Below, piece by piece: positions 8,616 to 17,412 of a stretch of DNA of 64,000 nucleotides. Numbering within the stretch: the stretch's first letter is position 1; every line of letters begins with the position of its first letter. The notes under the pieces are model-generated. The model searched no databases and was not told where the DNA came from. It was given only the letters and a program-made list of their open reading frames with translations. The translations under genes and the position numbers were made by a program. The DNA lies in NCBI GenBank assembly GCA_025935995.1, contig JAICUF010000001.1, positions 22,484-86,483 on the forward strand. The letters run 5' to 3'. Source of the DNA: Gemmatimonadales bacterium. Lineage in GTDB: Bacteria; Gemmatimonadota; Gemmatimonadetes; Gemmatimonadales; GWC2-71-9.

Positions 8616-9482
8616 TCAACGGTCGAGACGTATCTGCTTCCCCTCGGCGACGGCGCGGCCGAACGGGATGTCAGGGTCGTGCTCGAAGACGAGGAGCCAC
8701 CGCTCGCGCGCGGCGTCGGCGAGGAGGGCGCGCTTCGTCTCCAGGGTGCGGAGCGGCTCCAGATCGTAGCCCATGATCCAGGGAAGCCGGAGGTGGACGG
8801 CGGTCGGGATCAGATCGGCGACGAACGCCGCGGTGTCGCCGCCGCTCCGGACCAGCACCGCCTGATGGAAGGGCACGTGCCCCGGCGTCAGCCGGAGATG
8901 GATGCCCGGCAGGAACTCGCCGTCCTCCTCGACCAGCTGCCAGCGGCCCGCCTCGGCCACCGGCTCGAAGTTGGGCGCGAGATAGCTCGCGCGGGTGCGC
9001 TCGTTGGTGTGCCGGGCAAAGGCGAGCTCGTCGCGACGGACGACATAGGTGGCGTTGGGAAAGGAGAGCAGCGGCGGCCCGCCCGCCGGATCGAGCCGGG
9101 TGTTGCCGCCGGCGTGGTCGAAGTGGAGGTGGGTGTTGATGACCCAGCGCACGTCCGCCGGCGCGAAACCCGCCTGGGCCAGCGCATCCTCGAGCTGCGT
9201 CGCCCCGCGGAGGCCCGCGTTTTCCATCCCGTAGATGTCGCGGAAGGCGGCGTCGTCCTTGTTGCCCGCCCCGGTGTCCACGAGGACGAGCCCATCCGGA
9301 TGCTCGACCAGCAGACACCGCATGGCGAGACGGATGCGGTGACGCTCGTCGGGCGGCGCCTTCGTCTCCCAGAGGACGCGCGGAACCACGCCGAACATCG
9401 CGCCCCCGTCGAGGCGCTGGAGCCCCCCCTCGAGCGTGTGGCACCGCAGGTCGCCGATCGTGAAGGACTGGACCACCGTCAC
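8616..9482 (-). CDS. MBL-fold metallo-hydrolase
   Basis: Motifs VLVDTGAG...INTHLHFDHAGGN (HxHxDH)...TPGHVPFH...AFVADLIP. Start set at GTG 9480-9482, a GTGA overlap with the upstream stop. Confidence 0.85.
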   Translation of the reverse strand: MTVVQSFTIGDLRCHTLEGGLQRLDGGAMFGVVPRVLWETKAPPDERHRIRLAMRCLLVEHPDGLVLVDTGAGNKDDAAFRDIYGMENAGLRGATQLEDALAQAGFAPADVRWVINTHLHFDHAGGNTRLDPAGGPPLLSFPNATYVVRRDELAFARHTNERTRASYLAPNFEPVAEAGRWQLVEEDGEFLPGIHLRLTPGHVPFHQAVLVRSGGDTAAFVADLIPTAVHLRLPWIMGYDLEPLRTLETKRALLADAARERWLLVFEHDPDIPFGRAVAEGKQIRLDR

Positions 9483-10354
9483 GCGGGCCCCTCCGCGCAC
9501 GAGTCGGCGCGCGGCGGGCTGGGCGATGCCCGCCGCTTCCGCCGCCGCGTGCCGAGACTCGACTTCTGGAGCGCATCGAGATCCTGCAGGGTGCGCACGC
9601 CCTGCTCCCGCGCCCGGTCGAGCAGGTGCCCCAGCAGCTCCGCGGTGACCAGCGCGTCACCGGCCGCGCGGTGCCGCGCCATGTTCTCGAAACCAAAATG
9701 GTGGCACAGATTGTCGAGGCCGCAGGAGCGCACCTCGCGCACCAGCCGGCGCGCGAGGCGCACCGTGCAGAGCTGCGGGCCGTCGAGCGCGAGGTCCCGC
9801 GCGCGGCGGATCTCGGCGCAGACGAAGCCCCAGTCGAAGCGCGCGTTGTGCGCCACGAAGACGCGCCCGGCCAGCGCCGCCAGCACCTGATCCGCCACGT
9901 CGCGGAAGGTCGGCGCCTGACGCACCATTTCGTCGGTGATGTTGGTGATCGCGCAGATGGCGCGCGGAATGGGACGGCCGGGATTCACCAGCGTCTCGAA
10001 GACGACCTCGCGCCGGCTCCCGTGCACCACCGCGATCGCGATCTCCGTGACCCGGTCGGCGCCGTTGGCGCGCATGCCCGTCGTCTCGACGTCCACCACG
10101 GCGAACGCGCACTCCTCGAGGAGCGGCGACCCCTGCGCCTCCGCCAGCAGCGACCACCGGCCGTCGGGAAGCTGGCGCACGCGTGGATCGGCGCCGAGGA
10201 GCGCGAGCACCAGTCGCTCGGCGACGGTCGCCGGCGCTCCCGCCAGGTCGAGCACATCGCCGCAGACCTGCTGCGGGGCCGCCGGCCCGCCCCGCAGCAG
10301 CTCGAGCACCCGATCGATCAGCGTCCCGCGCGGATGCGGCGCGATCCCCGTCAT
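9479..10354 (-). CDS. DEDDh 3'-5' exonuclease (DNA polymerase III epsilon-like) with an N-terminal extension of about 80 aa
   Basis: ORF trimmed to ATG 10352-10354, an ATGA overlap with the arcA stop. Exo motifs FAVVDVETTG, VFVAHNARFDWGF, HRAAGDALVTA. Confidence 0.8.
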   Translation of the reverse strand: MTGIAPHPRGTLIDRVLELLRGGPAAPQQVCGDVLDLAGAPATVAERLVLALLGADPRVRQLPDGRWSLLAEAQGSPLLEECAFAVVDVETTGMRANGADRVTEIAIAVVHGSRREVVFETLVNPGRPIPRAICAITNITDEMVRQAPTFRDVADQVLAALAGRVFVAHNARFDWGFVCAEIRRARDLALDGPQLCTVRLARRLVREVRSCGLDNLCHHFGFENMARHRAAGDALVTAELLGHLLDRAREQGVRTLQDLDALQKSSLGTRRRKRRASPSPPRADSCAEGPA

Positions 10355-11583
10355 GCGTCCGCTCGCCGGAGCGGCAGCGTCATGCACCGGGGTCCCCCGC
10401 CCCCGCGCACCATCTCGGCGCCGAGAATCGTGATGACGGCCCGCTCGCCGGGCTTCACGGCGTCGTTTCCGGTGAGAAAATCGGTGGACGAGACGAGGCG
10501 GAAGCCGTGCGCCGCGAGCTCGGCCAGCGTCGCGTCGTTCCGGACGTAGCTGAGGATCTGCCCCGGCCGCACCGCGAGGAAGTTGCAGGCCGAGCTCCAC
10601 TGCTCGCGGTCCTGCGTGGTCCGGTGGCCGCCGCCCGCGAACACCGGCGCGAGGGGCAGTCCCACCTCCTCGAGCGCGGCGAACAGATTGGGCATCTCGC
10701 GGACGCCGTCGGTGCCGCGCCGCCGATGCAGCACCGCCAGGCGCTCGGCACCGATGAAGTACGGCGGGTAGACCACGCAGAGCTCGTGGTCGAGCTGGCT
10801 GAAGATCATGTCGAGGTGGATGGCGGTCGGCGCTTTCGGCATCACGATGACCAGTACGTCGGTCACGCGACCGCGCGAGAAGACGACGTCGCAGAGCTGA
10901 TCGAGCGCGGCGGGCGAGCTCCGCTCGCTGAAGCCGACGACGAGCAGGTCTTCCCGCAGGTGATGCACGTCCCCGCCCTCGAGGGTGTAGTTGCTCCGCC
11001 GCTCCTCCGAGCCGTCGTAGAGGATGCCGGCGTTCTCGAGCTCCGGGTGGAAGCGGAAGAGGGCCTTGATCAGCATCTCTTCGGTCCAGCGCACGCCGTA
11101 GCGCATCGACCCGACGACGGCATGATCGCCGATCACCATCCCGATGTCGCGCGGAAAGAAGAGGTTGGGGAGCGCCGGCAGCGCGTAGCCGACCTCGTTG
11201 AGCGCGCGCGAGATCGCTCCACTCTCCTCCTCCACGCCCTCGACGAGCATCGAGACGAGCTGGTCCGGCGGCAGGGCCGCGAGGCGCTGCGCGAGCGCGT
11301 CGGAGGGGATGACGTCCATGGTGCGCGAGATCAGGAAGTCGCGCGCCTCGGTCCCGGCCATGACCTCCACCAGCAGGTCCCGCACCTGATGCACGCGGCT
11401 GAACCGTTCGAGCACCGCGGCGAACTGCCGGTGCTCCCGCTGCGCGGCCTCGATCTCGATGATGTCGTCGTAGAGATAGTCCTCCCGGTTGCCGGGAGTG
11501 ACGGCCTCGAGCTCCCGCCCCGGCGTGTGGACCAGGACGGACTCGAGCTCGGCAATTTCGGACGTGACGTGGACGCGCGGCAT
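10351..11583 (-). CDS. arcA: Arginine deiminase
   Basis: 410 aa: MPRVHVTSEIAELESVLVHTPGRELE...NLFFPRDIGMVIGD...YTLEGGDV...TAIHLDMIFSQLD...CNFLAVRPGQILSY...AEMVRGGGGPRCMTLPLRR. The catalytic Cys context of guanidino-group-modifying enzymes is present. Confidence 0.88.
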   Translation of the reverse strand: MPRVHVTSEIAELESVLVHTPGRELEAVTPGNREDYLYDDIIEIEAAQREHRQFAAVLERFSRVHQVRDLLVEVMAGTEARDFLISRTMDVIPSDALAQRLAALPPDQLVSMLVEGVEEESGAISRALNEVGYALPALPNLFFPRDIGMVIGDHAVVGSMRYGVRWTEEMLIKALFRFHPELENAGILYDGSEERRSNYTLEGGDVHHLREDLLVVGFSERSSPAALDQLCDVVFSRGRVTDVLVIVMPKAPTAIHLDMIFSQLDHELCVVYPPYFIGAERLAVLHRRRGTDGVREMPNLFAALEEVGLPLAPVFAGGGHRTTQDREQWSSACNFLAVRPGQILSYVRNDATLAELAAHGFRLVSSTDFLTGNDAVKPGERAVITILGAEMVRGGGGPRCMTLPLRRADA

Positions 11584-11628
11584 GAGGACCGGAAAGCTAG
11601 CGGGGGCGGAGCGCCCGGGGCAGAGGCG

Positions 11629-12249
11629 TCAGCGGCTGGCGAGCGCGTAGCTCAGCGTCTCGAGCTCCAGGGCGAGGTTCACCGTCTTCACGACCACGTC
11701 CTCGGGCACCACCAGCTGTACCGGCGCAAAGTTGAGGATGGCCTTCACGCCGTGTCCCACCAGCCGGTCGGTGAGCGGCTGGGCCGCCTCCGCCGGCGTC
11801 ACCAGCACGGCCATGTCGATGCCGCCCTGGGGAAACTCCGATTCGAGCGTCGCGATGTCGAGAATCGTCAGGCCGTTCCACTCCCGGCCGATCTTGGCGG
11901 GATCCACGTCGAAGATCGCGACGATGTCGAACCCGCGCTGCCGGAACCCCCGATACTGCACCAGCGCGCTTCCGATCTTGCCGGCGCCGATCATGGCCAC
12001 GTTGTACCGGCGGGTGAGCCCCAGGATAGCCCGGAGGCGCTCGACCAGCTCGGGAACGGGATAGCCGAGCCCCCGCTTCCCGAACGACCCGAAGAACGAG
12101 AGATCCTTCCGCACCTGCGCCGAGGTGGTGCCCCCGCGGGATGCCAGCGATTCGGAGCTCACCGTCGCCATGCCCTGCCCCTCGAACTCCTCCAGGAAGC
12201 GGAGGTAGAGCGAGAGTCGGCGGATGGTGGATTCGGCAACTTTGCGCAT
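11629..12249 (-). CDS. rex: Redox-sensing transcriptional repressor Rex
   Basis: 206 aa: STIRRLSLYLRFLEEF...VSSESLASRGGTTSAQVRKDLSFFGSFGKRGLGYPV (winged helix), then VAMIGAGKIGSALV (Rossmann fold)...AILNFAP. Confidence 0.93.
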   Translation of the reverse strand: MRKVAESTIRRLSLYLRFLEEFEGQGMATVSSESLASRGGTTSAQVRKDLSFFGSFGKRGLGYPVPELVERLRAILGLTRRYNVAMIGAGKIGSALVQYRGFRQRGFDIVAIFDVDPAKIGREWNGLTILDIATLESEFPQGGIDMAVLVTPAEAAQPLTDRLVGHGVKAILNFAPVQLVVPEDVVVKTVNLALELETLSYALASR

Positions 12250-12258
12250 GGACCATTT

Positions 12259-12276
12259 TTGTGAAATGTTTCACAA
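12259..12276. promoter_or_regulatory. Rex operator (ROP) palindrome TTGTGAA-ATGT-TTCACAA
   Basis: Perfect match to the canonical Rex box TTGTGAA-N4-TTCACAA. It lies 10-27 nt upstream of the rex start codon (12249, minus strand). Confidence 0.8.
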
Positions 12277-12278
12277 AG

Positions 12279-13073
12279 CTAGTCCGCCTCCCAACCATCG
12301 TCAACGAGTATCGCGAGCAGTCGCGCGAGCGCGGCGGGCGCGACCGTCTCCACCCGCACGCCCTGGGCGATGCCTGCCCGCTCGAGCGCGGCGGCGGCGC
12401 GGTCGGCGGGCCAGCCGGTGAATTCCCGGACCCCGCGGAGCATCTGCTTCCGGCGATAGCCGAAGAGGCCGACCACCAGCGCGCGGAAGCTCCGGCCCGC
12501 CTCCGGCGGGATCAGCGGATGGTCGAGCGGAGTCAGGCGGATGACGGCCGAATCCACGCGCGGCGGCGGCACGAACGCGCCGGCGGGGATACCGAAGAGC
12601 CGCTCGACCCGCGCCACCGCCTGTACGCCCACGCTCAGCGCTCCGTACGCCTCCTCCCCCGCCCCTGCGGCCACGCGCGCCGCAACTTCCTCCTGCACGA
12701 GGAACACGACGCGAAGCGGGAGTGGCGCTTCGAGCGCCTTGTCGATGAGCGGCGACGTGATGTTGTAGGGAATGTTGCCCGCGATGATGAAGCGATCCGC
12801 GCCGGCGAGCGCATGCCAATCGAGCAGCAGGGCATCGCCTTCGGCAACGGTCACGGCGGGAAGCCGCGCGCGGAGCGGCCCCAGGAGGTCGGTGTCGCGC
12901 TCGATCGCGACGACGCGCGCGCCCGTGGCCACGAGCGCGGCGGTGAGGCCGCCGGGGCCGGGGCCGATCTCGAGCACGGTGTCGCCCGAGCCGGCGCCCG
13001 TGGCCGCGGCGATGCGGGCGAGGAGGCGCGGGTCGTGGAGAAAGTGCTGACCGAGCCGCCGCTTGGCGCGCAC
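12279..13073 (-). CDS. rsmA: 16S rRNA (adenine1518/1519-N6)-dimethyltransferase
   Basis: Motifs KRRLGQHFLHD...VLEIGPGPGGLT...GNIPYNITSPL...VFLVQEEVAARV. Start set at GTG 13071-13073, just after the upstream stop at 13079. Confidence 0.92.
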   Translation of the reverse strand: MRAKRRLGQHFLHDPRLLARIAAATGAGSGDTVLEIGPGPGGLTAALVATGARVVAIERDTDLLGPLRARLPAVTVAEGDALLLDWHALAGADRFIIAGNIPYNITSPLIDKALEAPLPLRVVFLVQEEVAARVAAGAGEEAYGALSVGVQAVARVERLFGIPAGAFVPPPRVDSAVIRLTPLDHPLIPPEAGRSFRALVVGLFGYRRKQMLRGVREFTGWPADRAAAALERAGIAQGVRVETVAPAALARLLAILVDDGWEAD

Positions 13074-13078
13074 CGGTA

Positions 13079-14641
13079 TCAGATCCGGAGGATGAGCAGC
13101 GTGCGGTCGTCGCGGGGGCCGGCGCTGAACTCCGCCACCTCGTCCATCACCGCGCGGACGATCGCGTCGGGATGCTCGGTCCGGCGCTCGGCCACGGCGG
13201 CGAGGAGGCGCGCCTCGCCGTACGCTTCGCCGTCGTCCCTGCGCGCCTCGATGAGGCCGTCGGTGCAGACGCAGAGCAGCTCGGAGCCCCGCGTCCAGCG
13301 AATGTCGCGCTGCTCGATGCTCGCGGCCGGCGCGAGGCCGAGGGGCGGAGCGGTGGCGGCGAGCCGCTGCGCGGGGCCCGAGCCCGGAATGCGCCAGGCC
13401 CACGCGTGGCCGGCGTTGGCGTAGCAGAGGCGGCCCGACTCGGGCTCGAAGACGCCGTAGAAGACGGTGAGGTACATCTCCGCCGTCGCGAGCTCGGTTT
13501 CGAGCCCGTCGAGCAGGGCCACGAGCGTCTCCTCGGGTGAGCTCGACGCCGCGGCATGGATGCCCGCCGCGGAGAGGACGAGCGCCATGACGAGCGCCGC
13601 GGAGAAGCCGTGGGACGCGACGTCGCCGACCATGACGCCGACCCGGCCGCGGCCGAGGCGGGAGAAGGTGTAGAAATCGCCGCCGACCGATTCGGCGGGC
13701 ACGCAGCGCGCGGCCACCTGCGCGTCACCCTGAAGCACCGAGGGGGACGGAAGGAGCCGGAGCTGCAGGTCATGGGCGAGCTCCAGCTCGCGACGAAGCC
13801 GCTGCTGCCGGCGATCGAGCTGCACGAGACGTGCATTCTCGATCGCGGCACCGATCTGGTTGGCGATCGCCCCGACGAGCTTCCGGTCGCCGTTGGTGAA
13901 GCGGTCGCCGCCGATGCGGTCGGTGAGATTGATGACGCCGACGCAGCGGCCGGGCCCGCCCGGACCCGAGTAGCAGATGGGCACGCTGAGGTAGGCCTCG
14001 CCCCGGTAGCCGCGGTCCTCGCCGCAGGTGCCCGTGTCGTCGGACGGATTGGCCGGATCGTGCGCGAGGATCCGGCGCTCGCGGAAGACGCGGGCGGCCA
14101 CCGAGCAGTCGTCGCCCACGGCGACGATCGCCTGGCCCGCGCTGTCGAAGCCGCGCTCCGCCACCGTCCGCAGGAGGCCGCCATCCTCCTCGAAGACCAT
14201 GATCGACGCGCGGCGCGCGCCGACGACGGCGCTCACGTCGCGCACGATGATCTCCGCCGCCTCCTCGAGGCTCACGGTACGGCCGAGGATCTCGCTGATG
14301 GCGTAGAGAAGATCGATCTCCTCGTAGCGGCTGGCCAGCTCCTCGGAGAGGAGGGCGCGTTCGCGGGCGGCATCGAGGACGATGCCGACGAGGGGGAGGA
14401 TGCGCCGGGCGGCATCCTCGGCGTCGGCGCCGCTCGCGGTGTCCACCTCCAGCCAGAAGGAGGGCGCGTCGGGCACCGGCAGCAGCCACGACGCACCGTC
14501 GGGGCCGGGCACGGGCGCCGTTCCCTGCGGCGCCTCGGGCGCGGCGCCCGGATCGGCGCCGGCCGCCAGCCGGAGGCGCGACCCGTCGGAACGCCAGAGG
14601 CGAACCGGCGCGCCGGCGAGCGCGCCGAGTCCCTCGAGCAT
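13079..14641 (-). CDS. GAF-domain PP2C (SpoIIE/RsbU-type) serine phosphatase
   Basis: 520 aa. The central GAF-like region is EIDLLYAISEILGRT...VGVINLTDR...AIANQIGAAIENARL. The C-terminal PP2C domain is ELELAHDLQLRLLP...VGGDFYTF...VMVGDVASHG...NAGH...LCVCTDGLIEA...DDRTLLILRI. Confidence 0.85.
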   Translation of the reverse strand: MLEGLGALAGAPVRLWRSDGSRLRLAAGADPGAAPEAPQGTAPVPGPDGASWLLPVPDAPSFWLEVDTASGADAEDAARRILPLVGIVLDAARERALLSEELASRYEEIDLLYAISEILGRTVSLEEAAEIIVRDVSAVVGARRASIMVFEEDGGLLRTVAERGFDSAGQAIVAVGDDCSVAARVFRERRILAHDPANPSDDTGTCGEDRGYRGEAYLSVPICYSGPGGPGRCVGVINLTDRIGGDRFTNGDRKLVGAIANQIGAAIENARLVQLDRRQQRLRRELELAHDLQLRLLPSPSVLQGDAQVAARCVPAESVGGDFYTFSRLGRGRVGVMVGDVASHGFSAALVMALVLSAAGIHAAASSSPEETLVALLDGLETELATAEMYLTVFYGVFEPESGRLCYANAGHAWAWRIPGSGPAQRLAATAPPLGLAPAASIEQRDIRWTRGSELLCVCTDGLIEARRDDGEAYGEARLLAAVAERRTEHPDAIVRAVMDEVAEFSAGPRDDRTLLILRI

Positions 14642-14655
14642 GTGGTCGAGGCGGC

Positions 14656-15120
14656 CTACCGGCGGCGCAGTGTCATGCAGATGGAGTTACCCCGGTCGTT
14701 GAATTCGACGGCGTCGGCGAGCTTGCGGATGAGAAAGAGGCCGCGGCCACCGGCGCCCTGGATGCCGTCCGGGCCCAGCGGCTCCGGCACGGCGTGGGGA
14801 TCGAAGCCCGCGCCCTCGTCGGTCACGTGGACGCGGATCGCGTCGGGCGCCAGCTCGACCCGCACCGACGCGCGCTTGTCCGCGTCCTCGTGATTGCCGC
14901 GCAGAATGGCGTTGGCGAGGGCCTCGGACAGCGCGACCTGCAGCCGGAAGCGCATCCGCTCCTCCACGGCCACGCCCGCGAAGCAGTGGCGCGCGACGAG
15001 CGCGACGGCCTCCTCGATGCATCCCACGTCGCTCGGCACGGAGACCGAGACGACGACATCGGGCCCCTCGCCGCCCGCGGCGGGGCGGCGGCGGACACAG
15101 AGTCGGAGCGGCGACGTCAT
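14656..15120 (-). CDS. Anti-sigma-factor-type serine kinase (RsbW/SpoIIAB-like HATPase)
   Basis: 154 aa. N-box LSEALANAILRGNH, G1 box VTDEGAGFD, G2 box GGRGLFLIRKLAD. Confidence 0.85.
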   Translation of the reverse strand: MTSPLRLCVRRRPAAGGEGPDVVVSVSVPSDVGCIEEAVALVARHCFAGVAVEERMRFRLQVALSEALANAILRGNHEDADKRASVRVELAPDAIRVHVTDEGAGFDPHAVPEPLGPDGIQGAGGRGLFLIRKLADAVEFNDRGNSICMTLRRR

Positions 15121-15129
15121 GGCGCCGCC

Positions 15130-15465
15130 CTAGAAGCCGGCGAGGGCCTGCGCGGGGCTGTCGGCGATCGAGAAGAGGCTGTCGAGCTTGGTGAGCTCGA
15201 AGAGCGAGCGGAGATCGTCGTTGAGGCCGGCGAGGCGCAGCTCGCCGCCCAGCTCGCGAACCTGTCGCGCGACGGTCACGAGCGCGCCGAGCCCGGAGGA
15301 GTCGATGTAGCCGGTATGGGAGAAGTCGAGGACGAAGCGGCGGTCGCCCGCGGCGAGCGCCCCCTGAATGAGCTCCTTGAGCTCGTGGCGGTTGCCCACG
15401 ATGAGCTGGCCGTCGCTCCGCACCACCACAACGCCGTTCTGCTGCCTGCTCTGCGTAAAGGCCAT
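15130..15465 (-). CDS. STAS-domain anti-anti-sigma factor (RsbV/SpoIIAA-like antagonist)
   Basis: 111 aa. The VLDFSHTGYIDSSGLGALV motif includes the conserved phosphorylatable Ser (DSSGLG). The start ATG shares one nucleotide with the pta stop (TGATG). Confidence 0.85.
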   Translation of the reverse strand: MAFTQSRQQNGVVVVRSDGQLIVGNRHELKELIQGALAAGDRRFVLDFSHTGYIDSSGLGALVTVARQVRELGGELRLAGLNDDLRSLFELTKLDSLFSIADSPAQALAGF

Positions 15466-16415
15466 CAGCCGACTCCCGGAAGTGCCGCTGGTTCGGTCTG
15501 CAGGGCCACCATCGCGGCCACCTCGACAATATCATCGACGCCCGCCCCCCGCGACAGGTCGGCCATCGGCCGCGCAAGACCCTGCAGGATGGGCCCGAGC
15601 GCGGCCGCTCCGGCGAGGCGCTGCACCAGCTTGTAGCCGATGTTGCCGGCATCGAGATCGGGAAAGACGAGCACGTTCGCCCGGCCCGCCAGCGGCGAGC
15701 CCGGCGATTTCCGCTCGGCCACCTCCGCGTCGAGCGCCGCGTCCACCTGGATCTCGCCATCGGACGCGATGCCGGGCGCGCTCTCGCGGAATCGCTCCGC
15801 CGCCTCCCGCACCTTGAGCACGCGGCCGCCGCCGGCGCTGCCGCGCGTCGAGTACGAGAGAAAGGCGACGCGCGGCTCGTCGCCCACTAGGCGGGCGCGG
15901 TCACGCGACGCGGCGAGGGCGATCTGCGCCAGCTGCTCCCCGGTGGGCTCGGGCACCACGGCGCAGTCGGTGAACGTGAGCACGTGATCCCCGTTGAGCA
16001 CGAGATAGAACGAGGAGCTCACCAGCGACACGCCGGGCGCCGTGCCGATGGCCCAGAGCGCCGCCCGGATCACCTCCGCCGTCGGCCGCGTCGCGCCGGC
16101 AACGCAGGCGTCGGCCTCCCCCAGCGCGACGAGCGCGGCGGCGAAGTTGAGCGGATCGGCGGCGAGGTCGAGGGCGTGGACACCATCGTGGACCTTCTCG
16201 GGCCGCCGCGAGCGGAGGAACTCGGCCACCCGCTGCAGGCGCGGATCGGCCCCGGGCGCGATCCCGTCGGGCCCGCCGATGAGGAGCGGCTCGGCGATCG
16301 CCTCCCCGCGGAGGCGCGCGGCTGCCGCGCGCACGCGGGGATCCTCGCCCTCGGCGAGCACGATGCGCGCGCGGCGCGCGGCGGCCCGGCGCAGCAGCTC
16401 CTGGCGGAAGCTCAT
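15465..16415 (-). CDS. pta: Phosphate acetyltransferase (short, PTA_PTB-domain-only form)
   Basis: ORF trimmed to ATG 16413-16415 (ATGA overlap). Sequence [32 protein letters not shown]...[18 protein letters not shown]...FLSYSTRGS...[10 protein letters not shown]...[22 protein letters not shown]...[10 protein letters not shown]. Confidence 0.88.
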   Translation of the reverse strand: MSFRQELLRRAAARRARIVLAEGEDPRVRAAAARLRGEAIAEPLLIGGPDGIAPGADPRLQRVAEFLRSRRPEKVHDGVHALDLAADPLNFAAALVALGEADACVAGATRPTAEVIRAALWAIGTAPGVSLVSSSFYLVLNGDHVLTFTDCAVVPEPTGEQLAQIALAASRDRARLVGDEPRVAFLSYSTRGSAGGGRVLKVREAAERFRESAPGIASDGEIQVDAALDAEVAERKSPGSPLAGRANVLVFPDLDAGNIGYKLVQRLAGAAALGPILQGLARPMADLSRGAGVDDIVEVAAMVALQTEPAALPGVG

Positions 16416-16894
16416 GGCCGGAACCTCGCCGTGAGCGCGTCGGCGACGGACGCCGGCACCAGCCCCGAGACGTCGCCTCCGTAGCGCGCGACCTCGCGCA
16501 CGAGACTGGAGCTGAGGTAGGTGAGGTCCACCGCCGGCACCAGGAAGACCGTCTCGAGCGAGGGATGCAGCCGCCGGTTCATGAGCGCCATCTGGAACTC
16601 GTACTCGAAGTCGCTCACGGCCCGGAGGCCGCGGACGATCAGCGTCGCGCCGACGCGCACGGCGAATTCGGCCAGGAGCCCGTCGAACGACTCGAAGCTG
16701 ACGTTGGGCTCGTCCGGCACCGCGGCGCGCAGCATCGCGAGCCGCTCCTCGACGGCGAAGAGCGGCTGCTTGGCCGAGTTGACGGCCACGGCCACGATCA
16801 CCCGGTCGGCCAGGCGGAGACTCCGGCGAATGAGGTCCTCGTGTCCCCGCGTCGGCGGATCGAACGACCCCGGATAGATCGCGGTGCGTGTCAT
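16412..16894 (-). CDS. coaD: Pantetheine-phosphate adenylyltransferase
   Basis: 160 aa: [25 protein letters not shown]...[24 protein letters not shown]...TVFLVP...[16 protein letters not shown]. Confidence 0.95.
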   Translation of the reverse strand: MTRTAIYPGSFDPPTRGHEDLIRRSLRLADRVIVAVAVNSAKQPLFAVEERLAMLRAAVPDEPNVSFESFDGLLAEFAVRVGATLIVRGLRAVSDFEYEFQMALMNRRLHPSLETVFLVPAVDLTYLSSSLVREVARYGGDVSGLVPASVADALTARFRP

Positions 16895-17412
16895 GGCGCC
16901 TGGAGGAAGGTGAGGGCGGTATCGCCGTAGCGGCGGGTGTCGCCGCCGTCGAGCGCGAGGCCGGCCTCGTGCTCGACCGAAAGAATGCGCGCGAAGGGCG
17001 CCCGATGGAAGAGCGCGACGAGCCGCTCGGCCGCCTCCATGCCATAGGGCGGATCGGCGAAGGCGACGTCGTATGCGCCGCGCTCGAGACGGGCCGCGAA
17101 GCGCAGCGCGTCGCCGCGGTGCACCGTGGCTGCTTCGACGACGCCGAGCGCTTCGATGTTGGCGCGGAGCGCGCGGAGCGAGGGGTCGGCCAGCTCGACG
17201 AAGTCGGCGTGCACCGCCCCGCGCGAGAGCGCCTCGAGGCCCAGCGCGCCGGTGGCCGCGAAGAGATCGACGACGCGCGCGCCGGGGAGCGCGTCCGCGA
17301 GGATGCTCATCCAGGCCTCGCGGACGCGGTCGGCGGTGGGCCGCACGCGCCGATCCTTCGGGATCGCGAGCCGCCGGCCACCCAGCGTTCCCGCGATGAT
17401 GCGGAGGCTCAC
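16891..17412 (-). CDS. rsmD: 16S rRNA (guanine966-N2)-methyltransferase
   Basis: Motifs [13 protein letters not shown]...[15 protein letters not shown]...[20 protein letters not shown]...FADPPY. GTG start at 17410-17412 forms a GTGA overlap with the recJ stop. Confidence 0.85.
   Translation of the reverse strand: MSLRIIAGTLGGRRLAIPKDRRVRPTADRVREAWMSILADALPGARVVDLFAATGALGLEALSRGAVHADFVELADPSLRALRANIEALGVVEAATVHRGDALRFAARLERGAYDVAFADPPYGMEAAERLVALFHRAPFARILSVEHEAGLALDGGDTRRYGDTALTFLQAP

Noticed and set aside
12279-15465. A sigma factor (SigB/SigF-like) or an anti-sigma target adjacent to either partner-switching module.
   Set aside because: None of the flanking ORFs, in any frame, shows sigma-70 region 2 or region 4 motifs. 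The neighbours are rsmA and pta for this triad, and kinases and a channel for the stressosome locus.
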